A stretch of DNA of 64,000 nucleotides from Pseudobdellovibrio sp. (GTDB taxonomy: Bacteria > Bdellovibrionota > Bdellovibrionia > Bdellovibrionales > Bdellovibrionaceae), in assembly GCA_023701385.1 (NCBI GenBank), contig JAMPXC010000010.1, positions 12,502 to 76,501 on the forward strand, given 5' to 3'. The number at the start of each line of letters is the position of its first letter. Within the stretch, counting starts at the first letter, position 1. Below the pieces are notes generated by a model. That model had not been told where the DNA came from and did not search any database. It saw only the letters and a program-made list of their open reading frames with translations. Both the position numbers and the translations under genes were made by a program. This document shows, one piece after another, positions 45,901-55,624 of this stretch.

Positions 45901-46910
45901 ATAGTTTTGATCTCGAAAGGCTCTGTTATTTGTACAAGAAAACCGTTTGTATCATGGCTGAACTCGAGTAAATTTTTTCCAAAAAGAAAAGTTTGCGTAA
46001 CTAAATGCTTGCCTGTGGCCGGATCGAATCCATACACCAGCGATCTTTCAGAATCCACAACGCGCAACATTCCGGAACTCAAAAGCTCAGAAGCAGCTGA
46101 AAAACTAGAGCCATCACCTCTTAAAACCTGTTTTCTTGCAATATCATAGAAATGATAATTTGTAGGAACCCAACCACCAAATCCAAGATTTTTAGCCTGA
46201 AGGCTTCCAATAGGAACGACAAACGACGAAACTTCGCCACTAGGCATTTTTTCGATAGCTACTTCTGCAAAACCAGAGCCGTAATTAATTTTTCCGGGCG
46301 TCAATCCATTCCAAGCATAATCAACACTTAGGTTAGGCGATATCGCTAAAGTTTTTGATTCGACTAATACTCTATTAATACTAACAGAGTATTTTACGTG
46401 AGTTAATTTAGGATCATAAAAGTTTCCAGTTAATGGAATACGAAGTTTGTAATCACCTTTTCGACCCAAAACTTTATTAGTAAAATACGCCAATTCGAAA
46501 TCAGCACCAACTATCGCAACAGATTCGCCAACGACTTGGTTATCTGTTAAGATGATGGAACCTTTCATACATGCAGCACCATCCACGGCAGGTTTAGTTT
46601 CCGTCCGAGGAACTTCTTCTGGCTTTGGTGTAGGAGCAGGGTTAGGTGTTGGCCCATGCATAGGCCCCGTACAGATTCTTGGAGGCATTTCGTCTACATC
46701 TACGTTAGATGAAAACGTTCTATAACAATCACACTGAATGCCTAGATCAACCGTTCTACACTTTAATTCGGCTTTAATGGGCTGATCCCCAAATGGATGC
46801 TTACATAACTGTAATTCTGCCGCATACGCTTCGGCACAAGTCTCCGCAAAGGAATAAGAACTAAAGGCAATAACGACTGCTACGCTTAACATCCGAATAA
46901 AGAAATTCAT
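42996..46910 (-). CDS. Sec-exported teneurin-like RHS/YD-repeat protein with a 122-aa C-terminal toxin-like domain
   Basis: Signal peptide; YD repeats; RHS core end [45 protein letters not shown]; FN-plug-like N-region; AGGAG SD. Confidence 0.88.
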   Translation of the reverse strand: [1304 protein letters not shown]

Positions 46911-47134
46911 TTATGCTCCTGAGATTGCAACTGTATAAATACTTATTCATTTACACGTCAAACAGTATCAAAAAAAACAGAACATTAATGCCCCAAAGCA
47001 GATCTAAATTACTAAAATTCAAGTAAAATATGTGTGGATTGCGAGCAAAACGGAGCGAAAAGGTCGCCTTTACCCGCTGCAACAAGCGCTTTTATGGGTG
47101 ATTCTTTAATAATCCGTTGGCTATGATTTTTTCT

Positions 47135-48811
47135 ATGAGAAATCACATCGCTTTATTCGGAACAGCCTTTTTATTAACAACTTCTATTTTCGCCCAAAAT
47201 ATTTGGGATGAAGGTGTTCCAGTACCAGCTGGTGGCCGTACGAATATTCATAATTATTCAATTCAAGATTTTACCGTTTACCGTGATATGGGAAAATTGC
47301 ATGCGCAGTTTTACCCAGTCACTGTGACAGGCGCTCTTCCGCCGTACCAACCGATGATTAACGTGATCGAAGATGGCCAAGATAATCCGTTACGTATTGT
47401 TTTAAGTAAAATCGTGCAAGAGATTTCTAGAATTAATAGTTTTGATCAAGTGATGGCTGATCTTGGTCTTCACCAATACCCTGCAGTTACAGACACTGGC
47501 GTATATCAAGTGCCAGTGCCGCGCACGGGTCGCCCTGAACACCGTATGGGTTTAGGATTTATCGAACGTCATGGCGCTACGGGTTTTACTTTTTCTTGCG
47601 CTGCTTGCCACTCAAGTAATCTTTTCGGAAAAACCGTTTTAGGCATGACAAACCGTTTTCCGACGGCGAATGATTTTTTTGTTAAAGCTAAAAAATTAGC
47701 TCCGGCTGTAGATCTTTGGTTATTTAAATCAGCTTCGGGTGCTACGAATGAAGAAGTTCAATTGATGAAAGAACTTAAAACCAACATTCAGCGTGTGGGC
47801 GTAAAAGAGCCGATCCAGTTAGGTCTTGATACCTCATTAGCGCAAGTGTCGTTATCACTAAACCACAGAAATAAAGACGCTTACGCAACACCAAGTAATT
47901 GGTTTGAGTTATTCCCACGTTCAGATGAAATTTTAGATCACAACCCGGCTGATTCAAAACCGATGGTTTGGTGGAACGTGAAATACAAAAACCGTTGGTT
48001 ATCTGACGGAAGCGTGATTAGCGGTAACCCGATTTTTACAAATATTATCTGGAACGAAGTTGGTCGCGGTGTTGATTTAAAAGTTTTAGAAGCTTGGCTT
48101 AAAGACAATCAAAAAATCATCGATGAACTAACAACAGCCGTATTTTCTTCCGAAGCTCCTAGATTTACAGATTTCTACCCGGCAGAATTAATTGATATCG
48201 ACGTAGCCAAACAAGGTGAAAAAGTTTTTAACCAAACTTGTTCTAAATGCCACGGCACTTACGAAAAAGCGTGGAATTTACCTAACGCTGATCAGTTAAC
48301 TCACGCGCAAAAACTTGCTACGACACTGGTGATTCCAAAAACAAAAACTCCGGTGATTGATGTGGGCACAGATCCTTACCGCCGCCAAGGTATGAAATCG
48401 CTTGAAAAGCTAAATGACTTATCAATTTCAAAAGCTAATAACATCGTGATCAAAGAACAAAAAGGTTACGTGCCACCACCACTTGTGGGTATCTGGGCAC
48501 GCTGGCCGTATTTTCATAATAACTCAGTTCCGTCATTATGTGCGGTACTGACACCAGCTACGCAAAGACCTAAAGCTTATTACGCCGGTGATGCTTTAAG
48601 TACAGCGACTGATTTTGATCCGGATTGCAATGGCTACCCGGCTGGCGAAGATGTGCCCTTTGCGTGGAAGCAACCGCAATACTACTTCGATACCAACCGT
48701 AAAGGTATGAGCAACAGCGGCCATGATGTGGATATTTTTATTAAAGACGGCCAGGAAATCCTGACCGCTTCAGATAAGAAAGCTTTAATTAAGTTTTTAC
48801 AAACGCTTTAA
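47135..48811 (+). CDS. Secreted dihaem c-type cytochrome, RoxA (rubber oxygenase)-like
   Basis: CAACH and CSKCH haem motifs; PMVWWN; PPLVGIWARWPYFHNNSVP; signal peptide. ATG 47135 preferred over TTG 47117. Confidence 0.78.
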   Translation: MRNHIALFGTAFLLTTSIFAQNIWDEGVPVPAGGRTNIHNYSIQDFTVYRDMGKLHAQFYPVTVTGALPPYQPMINVIEDGQDNPLRIVLSKIVQEISRINSFDQVMADLGLHQYPAVTDTGVYQVPVPRTGRPEHRMGLGFIERHGATGFTFSCAACHSSNLFGKTVLGMTNRFPTANDFFVKAKKLAPAVDLWLFKSASGATNEEVQLMKELKTNIQRVGVKEPIQLGLDTSLAQVSLSLNHRNKDAYATPSNWFELFPRSDEILDHNPADSKPMVWWNVKYKNRWLSDGSVISGNPIFTNIIWNEVGRGVDLKVLEAWLKDNQKIIDELTTAVFSSEAPRFTDFYPAELIDIDVAKQGEKVFNQTCSKCHGTYEKAWNLPNADQLTHAQKLATTLVIPKTKTPVIDVGTDPYRRQGMKSLEKLNDLSISKANNIVIKEQKGYVPPPLVGIWARWPYFHNNSVPSLCAVLTPATQRPKAYYAGDALSTATDFDPDCNGYPAGEDVPFAWKQPQYYFDTNRKGMSNSGHDVDIFIKDGQEILTASDKKALIKFLQTL

Positions 48812-51800
48812 TAGTATTCTACATTACCTGTAGGCATTGGGCCGAAGATATCGTCAAAATTAATTTCGCCGTTAATATAAATACTTTCTTGCGTGATCGA
48901 ATGATTATTTAAGAATTTTCTTAACGGTGGAATTTTATAAGTTCCCCAGCTTTTACCGGCGAATCTGCGACCTGCGTACTGCTCGTCTTGGTTCATCGTT
49001 GAAAAGCTTGGGTACACACCGTAAATTTCACCCATCACAAACATTTTATCTTCAGAAACAACCGCTTTGGCTAAACCAATACCGTTTTCGCGAATGCCCA
49101 TTGACGCTAACACTTTGTAATACTGTTTTAAGAATTTCTGGTCTTTCACAGTTAATTTTTTAATGTCATGAACCGCATCTAAGAATTTATTTAAGTCATA
49201 ACTGTACGAACAGTTCGTGCCACTTTGTTTTTGTGAGCTATAGTGGCAAGACGTATCACCTTTATAGTTTTTAGCAAACAGACCTTCTAGTTGTTTTTCT
49301 GTTAACGATTTTAAGTTATTTAACAGTGTATCACCGTAGAAATAGATACGCGTATGACCGTAAATCTTACGATACTTATCCATTTGTTCTTTCGCTGGTA
49401 AATAATAATCTGAATAGAATGGCGTGTTTGCATCTTTAGAGTAGAACTTATTTAAATCAGTAATGTAATCCACTAAGCCTTTACGGTTTAATTTTCTTTC
49501 ATAGTTCCACACTTCAAGGTAAGCCACCATTTTATCTGGCTCTGCCTCATCCATTTCAATTGAAATATTTGTGGTGTCTTTAGAAACTACGGTCGCCATC
49601 TTATCAATCAATAAAACAGCCTTATCAGCTCCGAATAAACTAGATTCTTCACGGCTATAGCGCTGAAAGTTTCTTACTTCTTTATTAGAAGTTTTAACTG
49701 TGGCTTTTGAATAACCCGTAGCTTTTTCTTTTTTGAATAAGAATAAAAAGCTAAATGCTGATTTTTTAACTTCGCCTTTGGCTTTAATATCTAAATCTTT
49801 TTTAGCTAATACTAGCGGATCACTATCACCTGATTCTAAATAACGGCTTAAGAGTTCGCGCTCTTCTTTAGCGCGCATTTGTTCTAGAACACTAAAGTTT
49901 TCAACCGACTTGGGTGCCGAGAATCTATATAAAGCTGATTTATGATCATAGAAATACGATGTTTTACTAAACTCTAGAAACGGAAGATTGAATAAGATTA
50001 AATCTAATCCCGCATCTAATCCCGCTGTCGCTGAATAGCCAAACATCGTGTTTTCAGCTTCGTAAATGATGAGCTGGTTAAAATGATCGCGTGAAAAGTA
50101 AGTTGGTTTTGAATTTTGCCAAAATACACTCGCTCCTAAAGTTAATGGCACTCCGGCTACGGCTCCCACTGGAACCTTAGCACCTGCAGAAACACCATAA
50201 CTATCAGAAATTTTTAAAACTTCGCCTCTGTCAATACAATCCACGATGCACGACTTCCAGTGTGGAATAAATTTAAATAATTTAACCGGGCTTCTGTAGC
50301 CCTCAAGCCAAGTATTAGCAAAGTGAATAAACTCAAATTCACGGCGCCAGACTTTAATGTTTCCATTCACGGCTAACTGATCTGGAAATAATCCTTTTAA
50401 CGTTGTGAAAATTGAAGAACCTACATTGATCTCAACAGCAAAGCGGTCTTTAACAACGAAACCTTGCGATTGATCACCGCGCATAACATATTGGTTATTG
50501 ATTTCAACACTACGATTTAGTTCTAAACCGATACCACCAGAAATGTCTTTAACGTTAAGCACTTTACCAAGGCCTTCTGATTGATACCCTACTGAAATAT
50601 CACTCGAAACTTTGGCTTTAAGTTGTTTATCTAAAGCTTCTAGTTTTACCAGTGAAGCCGCACCTTGAAGAATAAATGGCAATAACGTGTTACGTGGTAA
50701 TTCATAACTTACATAACCATCAAAGTGGCTGACAACCACATCCCCGTTTTTTACTTTTTTGCTAGGGCTGTAAGTTTTAAAATCAACAACTGGATATAAA
50801 GTAAATTCACCTGTTAAATCAAAAGCGCGCACAATTTCGTTACGGCGGTTAGTGATTTTGTGAATGTATAGATCTTCGATCTCTGGCGGAAAGTCAGCAC
50901 TTTTAACTGCGTACTTGATATCCTCATGGCTAAGTTTGGCAATTTTGCGCGCCATCCATTTTAGATCGGCGTAAGTTGTTGTATTAAAGCGATCGCGGTT
51001 AAATAAAATATCGGCCCAGTTAATATGAATTTTATCAGCTGACCATTCTAAGAAAGTATGATCATAAGTGTTCACACCCCAAGACTGGGCTGAACGTAAA
51101 ATTTCAAAAGGACGTAACGGATTAATCTGGAATTGTAATGAATAACCCGCGTCTTGCATTGAATAACGTGGTTTTAGACCCGTTGGCGTTTGTTCAAATA
51201 ACAACATATGATTACCCGTTTTTGAGTCGATCATATTCACTAAACCAAACCATAAAATCTGCGCGCGGTGTTCACGGCGGTTAGGCAAATCCCAGCCAGC
51301 TGGATCATACGGAGCAATACGCAAAAATTTAGGATCATTAATAGATAACTGCACATCTTGTAGAGTGACGTAATTACCGTGACCATCGCGGCCATAATCT
51401 AAAACAAATGATGAAAGTTCTTTATTTAAACCTGAGTATTTACGTTTCCATTGGGCTCTGAAAGCGTCGTAGTCTGTTTCACCTTTAAAATGCACACGTA
51501 AGGTTTTACGCATAACTGAGGTATCTTGAAACATACCGATCATCTTAGCTAAAATAGACGAAGTGATTTCAACATGTGTTTCATGACCCATTTTGATTTT
51601 CACATCTACATCTTCACCATTACGCTCAAATTCACCTTCCATCTTAGGAGAACCAGCTGATGAGAATTTTACTTTTTTGAAATAGATAATTTCATTTTCA
51701 TTCGGAAACCAGTCATGGTGACGATCTTTAGCTTCTGCCAGAGTTTCGGGAGTTTGTTTTCTGACTAGTGATTCTTCAGCTGGGTTGTAGATTGAAATAT

Positions 51801-52491
51801 CAACGTTACAAGCTTTAAGTTTAGCGATTTGCACTTGGTCTAATAAGTCATTGGCGCGCACTTCTGGCAAACAAGCTTTGGTGCGGGCTAAGTTTTCAGT
51901 TTCAACTTTTAAGTTAGCAGCTTCAACTTTGCTATCATGACGTTTAAACGAATAACCAAAAAAGTTTTTACCGATAAATAAAACATCTAAATCCTGATGA
52001 AAGATATTACGAGGAGCTTCTGGTAAATAAAACCCCGAATAACCATCGATAAACTGATCCATAAGTCCTTCACACAGAAACTGTGGACGGTGCTGGCCTA
52101 CACAATCACGTAAGGCTGTCATTTTAGGAATAAGATATTGGTCATAGGCGATAATGTATTTTGATTTATTTTCATCTAATTCTTTTTTAGCTGATTGGAT
52201 CGCATCTTTGTGTGATTCGATTTCGAGCTCAAGCTTTTCAATGATTTTAGTTTCATACATATCATTGGCTAAAGATTTCTTTTCAATCTGTAAGCGTTCG
52301 ATAAATTGATTGATCTTGGCTAAATCAAAGCTTCCGTTAGTTTTTAAATTCTGTGCAGTAAAGCGTTCGGATGTCTGATTATGCTGTGGTGTCAGCAACG
52401 AATGATTTTGTGCTGATACAGTTTGTGAAAGAACCGTTAAAGCAAATAAAACACCGACTGAAGTTTTGATTTTTTTTGTCATAAACAACAA
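48808..52491 (-). CDS. Large secreted hypothetical protein with an atypical kinase-like N-terminal half
   Basis: Signal peptide; GSPK, VKIK...E, DSKTGN and QDAG motifs in kinase order; beta-rich C-half. Confidence 0.6.
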   Translation of the reverse strand: MLFMTKKIKTSVGVLFALTVLSQTVSAQNHSLLTPQHNQTSERFTAQNLKTNGSFDLAKINQFIERLQIEKKSLANDMYETKIIEKLELEIESHKDAIQSAKKELDENKSKYIIAYDQYLIPKMTALRDCVGQHRPQFLCEGLMDQFIDGYSGFYLPEAPRNIFHQDLDVLFIGKNFFGYSFKRHDSKVEAANLKVETENLARTKACLPEVRANDLLDQVQIAKLKACNVDISIYNPAEESLVRKQTPETLAEAKDRHHDWFPNENEIIYFKKVKFSSAGSPKMEGEFERNGEDVDVKIKMGHETHVEITSSILAKMIGMFQDTSVMRKTLRVHFKGETDYDAFRAQWKRKYSGLNKELSSFVLDYGRDGHGNYVTLQDVQLSINDPKFLRIAPYDPAGWDLPNRREHRAQILWFGLVNMIDSKTGNHMLLFEQTPTGLKPRYSMQDAGYSLQFQINPLRPFEILRSAQSWGVNTYDHTFLEWSADKIHINWADILFNRDRFNTTTYADLKWMARKIAKLSHEDIKYAVKSADFPPEIEDLYIHKITNRRNEIVRAFDLTGEFTLYPVVDFKTYSPSKKVKNGDVVVSHFDGYVSYELPRNTLLPFILQGAASLVKLEALDKQLKAKVSSDISVGYQSEGLGKVLNVKDISGGIGLELNRSVEINNQYVMRGDQSQGFVVKDRFAVEINVGSSIFTTLKGLFPDQLAVNGNIKVWRREFEFIHFANTWLEGYRSPVKLFKFIPHWKSCIVDCIDRGEVLKISDSYGVSAGAKVPVGAVAGVPLTLGASVFWQNSKPTYFSRDHFNQLIIYEAENTMFGYSATAGLDAGLDLILFNLPFLEFSKTSYFYDHKSALYRFSAPKSVENFSVLEQMRAKEERELLSRYLESGDSDPLVLAKKDLDIKAKGEVKKSAFSFLFLFKKEKATGYSKATVKTSNKEVRNFQRYSREESSLFGADKAVLLIDKMATVVSKDTTNISIEMDEAEPDKMVAYLEVWNYERKLNRKGLVDYITDLNKFYSKDANTPFYSDYYLPAKEQMDKYRKIYGHTRIYFYGDTLLNNLKSLTEKQLEGLFAKNYKGDTSCHYSSQKQSGTNCSYSYDLNKFLDAVHDIKKLTVKDQKFLKQYYKVLASMGIRENGIGLAKAVVSEDKMFVMGEIYGVYPSFSTMNQDEQYAGRRFAGKSWGTYKIPPLRKFLNNHSITQESIYINGEINFDDIFGPMPTGNVEYY

Positions 52492-52663
52492 TCACTTCGA
52501 AAAACAGGCCAAGTTTTATTAAGGTTAGCGTTTAAAATTGAGATGCGAAAACGAATACAGGATATTTTAAGTAAACAAAACTGCCTTTGCTCTTTACATG
52601 AATTTGATAACGACAACTTTCGGCGACAGTGTCGTCATGCTCGCCGCAGTATTGGTCATCATC

Positions 52664-52969
52664 TCAAAATGAGACAGAGGGACAAACAGCTCCAGGACCG
52701 CTCTGCAGGCGCTCTATACGGTGATTGAAGTCACTCTTTACTTTATCGATCACTTCAAAAAAGTTTGAAGCCTTGTTATCGATAATCGCTTCAAACTTTA
52801 ATCCACGAATAAATGTAACGGCATTAAATTCACCTAAATGCTTTTCGACCGATAGACTGATCTGGCACTCAGGTGAAGTGTGTTGTTTAATATAGTGAAC
52901 TAAACGTTGAGCGTACTCATCCATTTCCATACTGACTGAGAATTTACTGTAGGCAATATCTTCGAACAT
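52664..52969 (-). CDS. Small protein, possibly a divergent HPF/RaiA-like fold
   Basis: GAGGAG SD; helix-strand pattern (MDEYAQRLVHY, ISLSVEK, SNFFEVIDKV) loosely resembles HPF. Confidence 0.4.
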   Translation of the reverse strand: MFEDIAYSKFSVSMEMDEYAQRLVHYIKQHTSPECQISLSVEKHLGEFNAVTFIRGLKFEAIIDNKASNFFEVIDKVKSDFNHRIERLQSGPGAVCPSVSF

Positions 52970-52995
52970 ACGTACTCCTCGCGCCTAGAGCGCGA

Positions 52996-53523
52996 CTAAT
53001 GCGATTTATAGATTAAGAATTTCTTAAACGATAACATCGCTTTAATAGTTTCAACGGCCACCGCTTTTTTAATCGGTTTTTTCATAAAAAACGGAACATA
53101 GTCGTTTTCATATTTTTTAATAACATTGGCGAATTCTTTAATTCCCATTGAGCTTGTGAATAAAAATAAAGAATCACTAAAACGGTATTTTTCCCATAAA
53201 TCGATTCCCGTTTTAAAGCCTGAAAGATAAATATCAGCGATCACTAAATCGAAATCTTGATCTTGGGTGATTTTTTGATTCATCAGAATCTCGGCTCCTT
53301 CTTCTGACTTAGACCATTTAATAGAGACCTGTGGCGAGACTTCTCTTAAGATGCTTTCCCAGATGGGCTGCATCGCAAAATCGTCCTCAACGATTAACAC
53401 GCTGAGTTTTTGCTTGTGCGGCGAAACACTCATAAAGTTTTCATCTAGGTTCTTTTTATACGGCACTCCGGCCTCTAATAACGATTCATTCTCGATATAA
53501 TGAAGATAATCCAATTCACCCAT
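52996..53523 (-). CDS. Single-domain response regulator with N-terminal extension
   Basis: LIVEDD, DLVIADIYL, FTSS and MKKP REC motifs; AAGGAGG SD. Confidence 0.85.
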   Translation of the reverse strand: MGELDYLHYIENESLLEAGVPYKKNLDENFMSVSPHKQKLSVLIVEDDFAMQPIWESILREVSPQVSIKWSKSEEGAEILMNQKITQDQDFDLVIADIYLSGFKTGIDLWEKYRFSDSLFLFTSSMGIKEFANVIKKYENDYVPFFMKKPIKKAVAVETIKAMLSFKKFLIYKSH

Positions 53524-53776
53524 ACAGCCCTCCTTGTATTTCTGAAATGTAGTGAAATAATGAGACCACAGGGCTTTTGCGATAATTGGGAATCCATTTT
53601 AAGAAATCTCAACATCGCATTTTTTTTCTTTACCTAAATATTTCGGTGATTACTTCTGTTGCACAATTCTTAAGAAATGCCTGATTATCAACACTTTCCT
53701 GGTCTAGGTTTGTTTGTTTTTTGTTGAAACAATAAAGTGCATGCGGACTGTGCTTTTTGCTGATACCTTTGATGCT

Positions 53777-55624
53777 GTGGCTACATTAATCTCGGCATTT
53801 CAAATTTCCAAATCCTTCGCATCTAAAAATCTTTTTCAATCCATCTCGTTTGCGATTGATACAGAACAAAAAATTGGTTTAGTCGGCCCTAACGGCGCCG
53901 GAAAATCTACGCTTTTAAAAATTTTAAGCGGAACAATGAAGCCAGACTCAGGTAAACTGTCTTTTTCAAACAGTTTACGTTTAGGTTACTTAGAACAAAA
54001 GCCACAACTCACTCCAGGTAAGTCAATTTACGAAACTTTAGTTGAAGTGACAGGCGATCCTTACGATGGTGTAAACATCGCGCACGCTTTTGAGTTAATC
54101 ACAAAACTTTCGTTAGATGAAATGGCTGAAGGCGAAAACACCGATGTCGGCACCCTATCTGGTGGTTGGCAAAAACGTGTCGCTCTAGCGCGTGAATTAA
54201 TGAAGCGCCCGACTCTACTTATGTTGGATGAGCCGACGAATCACTTAGATATTCAAAGTATTCTTTGGCTTGAAGATTTTATTTCGAATGAAAATCAAAT
54301 TTCATTTTTTATCGTGACCCATGACCGTGCGTTTTTACAAAACACGTGTAATGCGATTTTTGATTTAGACCCCCGCAATCCGGATGGGCTTATTAAGTCT
54401 TACGGCGATTACGCCAAATATTTAGAAACAAAACAAATGCTTTTAGACAGCCAACGCCGTTTAGAAGAAAAAAAGCGTAACACGATGCTGATCGAAAAAG
54501 CGTGGTTAGCACGTGGCCCTCAGGCCCGTTTAACCAAACAAAAAGCCCGCCAAAACCGTGCGCATGAATTAATTGATGAAGTTAAAAATTTAGAAAATAA
54601 AAATCAGCTGCGCAAAGCAGATTTCGATTTCTCAGCAGGCACTGGCAATACGCCAAAACGTTTAGTTGAGCTTACCAAGGTCAGCAAAAGTTTTACCGGC
54701 CGCAATTTATTTTCAGATCTATCAGGTTTAGTAAGGCCTAAAGCGCGCATTGGTTTATTAGGCGCTAACGGTTGTGGTAAGTCGACATTGATTAAATTGA
54801 TGTTAGGCAAAGAACAAGCCACGTCTGGTGAAGTGTTTGTAAATCCAGATATTCAGATTAATTATTTCGAGCAAGGTAAAGAAACACTTAACCAAAATGC
54901 GACAGTTTTAAAAGTGATCTGCCCTGAAGGTGATTATGTGCATTTAGCGGGTTCACCGGTATTTGCCAGAAGTTACTTAAGTCGCTTTCACTTTAATGGC
55001 TTTCAAATGGATATGCCCGTTTCAAAACTTTCAGGTGGCGAGCAAAGCCGTCTATTGCTTGCGAAACTAATGTTAACATCAGCGCACGTTTTAATTCTGG
55101 ATGAGCCCACGAATGACTTAGACGTTGAAACACTAGATGTTTTATCTGAGTGTTTAGCTGATTACCCGGGTGCCGTTATCTTAGTATCGCATGATCGCTT
55201 TTTCTTAGATCAAAATTCAAACGAACTTTGGGCTTTTACTGAAAACGAAAAAGGCGAAATCATTAAATTTGCTGATTATTACCAGTGGGAAACTTGGTAC
55301 CGCCAAGAAGGTGAAGAAAACCGCAGAGCCGGAAAAGCGGCCACAGAAGCCGCTCTAAAACAGGCGCAAGCCCCTGCAAAGACAGGCTCTAGTTCTAATA
55401 AAAAACTTTCGTATAAAGAGACTCTTGAATACGAAAATATCGAAAAAAATATCGCTATCAAAGAAGAAGAATTAACAAAGGTTCAATCTGCGTTAGCGTT
55501 ACCGGAAAACCAAGCCAATTACAGTAAACTGCAAGAGCTCACTTCATTATCTGCAAGCCTTGAAGCTGAAGTGGCGCAAATGTATGAGCGTTGGCAGCTC
55601 TTAGAAGCTAAGACAAAAAGCTAG
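53777..55624 (+). CDS. uup: ABC-F family ATPase, Uup-like
   Basis: Two ABC cassettes (GPNGAGKST/LSGGW/DEPTNHLD and GANGCGKST/LSGGE/DEPTNDLD), WLARGPQAR linker, KKLSYKE C-terminal coiled coil; GTG 53777 preferred. Confidence 0.88.
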   Translation: MATLISAFQISKSFASKNLFQSISFAIDTEQKIGLVGPNGAGKSTLLKILSGTMKPDSGKLSFSNSLRLGYLEQKPQLTPGKSIYETLVEVTGDPYDGVNIAHAFELITKLSLDEMAEGENTDVGTLSGGWQKRVALARELMKRPTLLMLDEPTNHLDIQSILWLEDFISNENQISFFIVTHDRAFLQNTCNAIFDLDPRNPDGLIKSYGDYAKYLETKQMLLDSQRRLEEKKRNTMLIEKAWLARGPQARLTKQKARQNRAHELIDEVKNLENKNQLRKADFDFSAGTGNTPKRLVELTKVSKSFTGRNLFSDLSGLVRPKARIGLLGANGCGKSTLIKLMLGKEQATSGEVFVNPDIQINYFEQGKETLNQNATVLKVICPEGDYVHLAGSPVFARSYLSRFHFNGFQMDMPVSKLSGGEQSRLLLAKLMLTSAHVLILDEPTNDLDVETLDVLSECLADYPGAVILVSHDRFFLDQNSNELWAFTENEKGEIIKFADYYQWETWYRQEGEENRRAGKAATEAALKQAQAPAKTGSSSNKKLSYKETLEYENIEKNIAIKEEELTKVQSALALPENQANYSKLQELTSLSASLEAEVAQMYERWQLLEAKTKS

